Notes under the pieces: generated by a model | The model's database searches: none | What the model was told of the DNA's origin: nothing | What the model saw: only the letters and a program-made list of their open reading frames with translations | Part shown: positions 34,781 through 40,625 of the stretch, piece by piece | Numbering within the stretch: position 1 is the stretch's first letter | Layout: each line of letters begins with the position of its first letter | Program-made: the position numbers and the translations under genes | Source of the DNA: Octopus sinensis | Taxonomy: Eukaryota | Reading direction: 5' to 3' | Length of the DNA stretch: 40,625 bases | Assembly: GCF_006345805.1 (NCBI RefSeq) | Contig: NW_021835358.1 | Span: 1-40,625, forward strand

Positions 34781-34828
34781 ATACATATAGAAATATATAT
34801 ATATATATATATATATATCATATAGAGA

Positions 34829-34860
<32 letters not shown>

Positions 34861-34915
34861 TATATATACATATAGAAATATATATAAGATATATATATAT
34901 ATATATATCTTATAT

Positions 34916-34957
<42 letters not shown>

Positions 34958-34988
34958 CATATAGAAATATATATATATAATATATTTC

Positions 34989-35031
<43 letters not shown>

Positions 35032-35225
35032 CTATATTATAGATTAATATATATATATATATATTATATATATACATATAGAAATATATATATATATATA
35101 TATATTCTATATGTATATATATATAATAATATATATATATATATATTTCTATATATATATATATATAATATATATATATATATAATATCATATAGAATAT
35201 ATATACATATAGAATAATATATATT

Positions 35226-35270
<45 letters not shown>

Positions 35271-35271
35271 G

Positions 35272-35319
<48 letters not shown>

Positions 35320-35411
35320 ATAGAAATATATATATATATATATATATATATAATCTATATATATAATATTATATACATATAGATATTATATATATATATA
35401 TACATATAGAA

Positions 35412-35444
<33 letters not shown>

Positions 35445-35600
35445 AGATATATATATATATACATATAGAAATATATATATAATATATATATATAATATAT
35501 ATATATACATATAGAAATATAATATATATATATATATAATATATATATACATATAGAATATATATATATATATATTATATATATATCATATACATATAAA

Positions 35601-35640
<40 letters not shown>

Positions 35641-35717
35641 GAAATATATATATATAATATATATATATACATATAGAAATATATATATATATATATAATA
35701 TATATATACATATAGAA

Positions 35718-35749
<32 letters not shown>

Positions 35750-35791
35750 TATACATATAGAAATATATATATATATATATATATACTATAG

Positions 35792-35830
<39 letters not shown>

Positions 35831-35831
35831 G

Positions 35832-35867
<36 letters not shown>

Positions 35868-35917
35868 CATATAGAAATATATATATATATATATATAATA
35901 TATATATATATATAATA

Positions 35918-35965
<48 letters not shown>

Positions 35966-36216
35966 TATACATATAGAAATCTATATATATATATATATAT
36001 ATATATAGATATAATATACATATAGAAATATATATATATCTATATATATATATATACATATAGAAATATATATTATATATATTATATATATATATAATAT
36101 ATACATATATAATAATATATATATATATATATATACATCATATAGAAATATATATATATCTATATATATATATCTATATATATATATATATATATACATA
36201 TAGAAATATATATATC

Positions 36217-36261
<45 letters not shown>

Positions 36262-36348
36262 TTATATATTATCTATATATATATATAATATATATATAAC
36301 ATATAATATATATTATATATTATATAATATATATTATATATATTATAC

Positions 36349-36381
<33 letters not shown>

Positions 36382-36386
36382 TATAC

Positions 36387-36446
<60 letters not shown>

Positions 36447-36512
36447 ATATATATATATATTCTATAATATATATAATATATTATATATATTATATATATA
36501 TATAATATAGAA

Positions 36513-36547
<35 letters not shown>

Positions 36548-36612
36548 ATACATATATACATATAAAATATATATAATATATATATATATATATTATACAT
36601 ATATACATATAG

Positions 36613-36653
<41 letters not shown>

Positions 36654-36817
36654 GAAATAATATATATATATATTATATATATATATACATATAGAAATAT
36701 AATATATATATATATTATATATATATATACATATAAAATATATATATATATATATTATATATATATATACATATAGAAATATATATATATATATATTATA
36801 TATATATACATATAGAA

Positions 36818-36848
<31 letters not shown>

Positions 36849-37356
36849 ATACATATAGAAAGATCTATATATATATATTATTATATATATAGACATATAG
36901 AATATATATATATATATATATTATATTATATAATACAATAGAAATAATATAATATATATATATTATATATATATATACATATAGAAATATATATATCTAT
37001 ATATTATATATATATATTACATATAGAAATATATATATATTATATATATTATATATATCTATATACATATAGAAATATTATATATATATATATATTATAT
37101 ATATATATATACATATAGAAATATATATATATATATATTATATATATATATACATAGAGACATATATATATATATTATATATATATATACATATATAGAA
37201 ATATATATATATATATATTATATATATATACATATGAAATATATAATATATATTTCTATATATATACAATAGAATATCTATATAATCTATTCTATATATA
37301 TATACATATAGAAATATATATATATATATTATTATATATATATATAACATATAGAA

Positions 37357-37387
<31 letters not shown>

Positions 37388-37516
37388 ATACATATAGAAA
37401 TATATATATATATATATTATATATATATATACATATAGAAATATATATATATATATTATATATATATACATATAGAGAATATATATATATATATCTTATT
37501 ATATCTATATATATAT

Positions 37517-37559
<43 letters not shown>

Positions 37560-37775
37560 ACCATATAGAAATATATATATATATATTAACAATATGAAAT
37601 ATATATATATATATATTATTAATAGTATACATATAGAAATATATATATATATATATTATATATATATATACATATAGAAATATATATATATATATACCAA
37701 TATAAACTATATCTATATATATATTATATATATATACATATAGAAATATTATATATATATTATTATATATATAAA
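33875..37775. repeat. ~3.9-kb (TA)n-based compound satellite punctuated by CATATAGAAA
   Basis: Recurrent ...TACATATAGAAATATA... every ~25-50 bp. The array resumes at 39449-39600. Confidence 0.95.
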
Positions 37776-39448
37776 GAGGTGCAGCAATGTCAAAGGTAGG
37801 CTAACTGGGAAGATAGTTTTTGTATGTGGCAGATGCTCGGGAGCATTAACTCCGAAAATCTGCAGAAAACAACTTCCGTCACTTTCCAGGGGAAAAACTA
37901 GAAGTAGTTGATAGCTTCCGTTATCTAGGTGACCAAGTCAGTAGTGGGGGTGGGTGCGCTGAAAGTGTAAACTGCTAGAATAAGAATAGCCTGGGCAAAG
38001 TTTAGGGAGCTCTTACCTCTGCTGGTGACTAAAGGCCTCTCGCTCAGAGTAAAAGGCAGACTGTATGATGCGTGTGTACGAACAGCCATGCTACATGGCA
38101 GCAAAACATGGGCTGTGACTGCTGAGGACATGCGTAAGCTCGTGAGGAATGAAGCCAGTATGCTCCGATGGATGTGTAATGTCAGTGTACATACTCGACA
38201 GAGCGTTAGCACCTTGAGAGAAATGTTGTACCTAAGAAGCATCAGTTGTGGTGTGCAAGAGAGACGATTGCGCTGGTTGGTCATGTGGCGAGAATGGATG
38301 AAGATAGGTGTGTGAGAAGTGCCAATCCCTAGCAGTTGAGGGAACCCGTGGAAGGTAGACCAGGAAACCTGGGACGAGGTGGAAGCACGACCTCGAACTT
38401 TAGGCCTCACTGAGGAAATGACCAGAGACCGAGACCTTTGGAATATTCTGTACGTGAGAAGACCAGGCAGGACAAGTGAGCCCAGCCCACTATGAATGCC
38501 TTTCCTCCCTTGGACACAAAGACCGGTTGAGGCAAGCGAAGTCGATATAGAACCTCATCCGACGACAGACACCCATCCCAACCCCCCATGCTTGCGAAGA
38601 CATGTGGGGCAAGCGAATCGAAATCGAAATCGAAACCGAATTGAACCAGCCAGGATCCCTGGCCTGGTGGTACGTAAAAAGCACTATCCGACTCGGGGCC
38701 GTGGCACGTAAAATACTCCAATGCGACCGTACGACAGGCACCCATGCCAACCCCCTTTGCTTGTGAAGACATGTTGGGGCAAGCGAAATCGAAATCGAAT
38801 TGAACCAGCCAGGATCCCTGGTCTGGTGGTACGTAAAGCACTATCCGACTCGTGGCCGTGGCACGTAAAATACTCCAATGCGACCGTACGACAGGCACCT
38901 TGCCAACCCCCTTTGCTTGTGAAGACATGTTGGGGCAAGCGAAATCGAAATCGAATTGAACCAGCCAGTATCCCTGGTCTGGGTGTACGTAAGCACTATC
39001 TATCCGACTCGTGGCCGTGGCACGTAAAATACTCCAATGCGACCGTACGACAGGCACCCTTGCCAACCCCCTTTGCTTGTGAAGACATGTTGGGGCAAGC
39101 GAAATCGAAATCGAATTGAACAGGGATCCCTGGTCTGGTGGTACGTAAAAAGCACTATCCGACTCGTGGCCGATGCAGCAACACCGCCTCGACTGGCTTC
39201 CGTGCGGTGGCACATAAATACCCAATCTGACCGTGGCCGTTGCCAGCCCCGCCTGGCACCTGTGCAGTGGCACGTAAAAAGCACCCACTACACTCACGGA
39301 GTGGTTGGCGTTAGGAAGGGCATCCAGCTGTAGAAACATTGCCAAATTAGACTGGGCCTGGTGCAGCCTCTGGCTTCCCAGAACCCCGGTCGAACCGTCC
39401 AACCCATGCTAGCATGGAGAACGGACGTTAAACGACGATGATGATGAT
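37776..39448 (+). mobile_element. RTE LINE 3' fragment inserted in the satellite, with an expanded 3'UTR
   Basis: EKLEVVDSFRYLGDQ, RIAWAKFRELLPLL, YDACVRTAMLHGS.TWAV, ERRLRW, then the RTE 3'UTR and a (GAT)n tail. The satellite continues on both sides. Confidence 0.93.
38570..39175 (+). repeat. ~157-bp tandem repeat (about 4 units) in the RTE 3'UTR
   Basis: GCACTATC recurs at 38681, 38838, 38993 and 39152. Confidence 0.9.
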
Positions 39449-39702
39449 AGAAATATATATATATATATATTATATATATATATACATATAGAAATATATA
39501 TATATATTATATATATATATACATATAGAAATATATATATATACATATAGAAATATATATATATATATATTATATATATACATATAGAAATATATACATA
39601 TATATATGTATATGTATATATATGTTTATATTTGATGCAGGATAAAAACTTTTTCGAAAAAAATTTTTATCAATGGCCAAGGTTAAATTTATAAACAGCT
39701 TA

Positions 39703-40171
39703 TTATAAATAAGGGCAAACGAAAACATTTCTAATGCCAAATATGCCAAAATTAGACACATTGTCCATAACCATCATAATTTTTTCACAATACGCACGCT
39801 ACTCACAAAAAAGGTCGACAGAAATTTCTAAAAAAATTCCATTATTACCATATCGGACCGATTTCAGGGTTTGTTCATAAGAACCCTCCCTTCGTCGGTG
39901 AAAAATGTGGCAAAGAAATAAATGAGACACTTACTCATACCCATGGAAGAAGTGAATTTCTTTGCCACATTTATCACTGATGAAGGGAGGGTTCTTATGA
40001 ACTAACCCTGAAATCGGTCCGATATGGCAATAATGGAATTTTTTCAGAAATTTCTGTCGACCTTTTTTGAGTAGCGTGCGTATTGTGAAAAAAATTATAA
40101 TGGTTATGGACAATGTGTCTAATTTCGGCATATTTGGCATTAGAAATTATTTTGTTTGCCCTTATTTATAA
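39703..40171. repeat. ~216-bp inverted repeat (36-bp spacer) with a hammerhead-like core in each arm
   Basis: Arms 39703-39919 and 39956-40171 are highly similar. Right arm: CUGAUGA 39977-39983, AGGG/CCCU stem II, GAAA-UCG-GUC 40010-40019. Left arm (minus): CCGACGA...GAAAUCGGUC. Confidence 0.92.
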
Positions 40172-40214
40172 GTTGTATATATATGTATATATTTATAAAT
40201 ATGTATATATTTTC

Positions 40215-40267
<53 letters not shown>

Positions 40268-40279
40268 GTTGTATGTGAT

Positions 40280-40625
40280 TGCATCATCCATACTCTCAAC
40301 AATGCGCCCTTAAATATGGTTTCTGATTACAAATATCTTGGGTCATATATATCATCATCTGGAAAAGACTTTCTAACTAGAAAGGGTATGGCCTGGTCAG
40401 CCTGTAATGATATGCATAAGATCTGGTCATCAAATCTAAGTAGAGACTTCAAACTTGAAATCTTCAAAGCCACAGTCGAACCAATTCTACTATATGGCTC
40501 AGAAACCTGGACGCTATCAAAGAAGCTTGAGAGGCGGTTGGATGGAATCTACACTCGCCTCCTTACGAGAGCTCAAAATCTCTCGTGGAAGCGCCATCCA
40601 ACCAAAAATGCAAATATATGGGAAA
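40280..40625 (+). mobile_element. RTE-X-like LINE RT C-terminal fragment running off the window
   Basis: Open frame: SDYKYLGSYISSSGKDFLTRKGMAWSAC...VEPILLYGSETWTLSKKLERRLDGIYTRLL...SWKRHPT. Confidence 0.85.

Noticed and set aside
33875-37592. Many Ile/Tyr-rich ORFs in the ORF track
   Set aside because: They are translations of (TA)n satellite with no coding signal.
37900-38460. Dense single-base indels in the RTE frame as programmed frameshifting
   Set aside because: They are scattered, mostly in short runs and next to a long satellite, so decay or consensus error is more likely.
38570-39175. Regular repeats that could suggest a CRISPR array
   Set aside because: Units are full tandem copies with no unique spacers, in a eukaryotic LINE 3'UTR.
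38407-39402. 331-aa minus-strand repetitive ORF
   Set aside because: Antisense reading of the RTE 3'UTR tandem array, with no domain similarity I can recognise.

Overview
Eukaryotic, very AT-rich and microsatellite-laden DNA. The repeat families and the effector-less C2H2 gene suggest a cephalopod (octopod) genome; this is inference and not checked against a database. The only host gene I can support is a tandem C2H2 zinc-finger exon at 21444-22226 (+; 8 complete fingers plus 1 degenerate). Nearly everything else is transposon-derived: CR1-like, RTE and RTE-X-like LINE pieces, Penelope-like elements (PLEs), tRNA-derived SINEs, mariners (one full-length), Helitron pieces, MITEs, and a ~3.9 kb TA-based satellite. 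The most striking unexplained pattern concerns type I hammerhead-ribozyme (HHR) motifs of the PLE kind (CUGANGA...GAAAC-palindrome-GUH). They occur at about 8 loci. At two loci the HHR module is duplicated as a fold-back palindrome with one ribozyme core on each strand: 31993-32232 (198-bp perfect, loopless core) and 39703-40171. Two diverged PLE bodies also sit head-to-head, both starting at nearly the same codon around a small hairpin at 7458-7476. Several other retroelement ends show snap-back palindromes. All HHR folds were read by eye; none is shown to be active.
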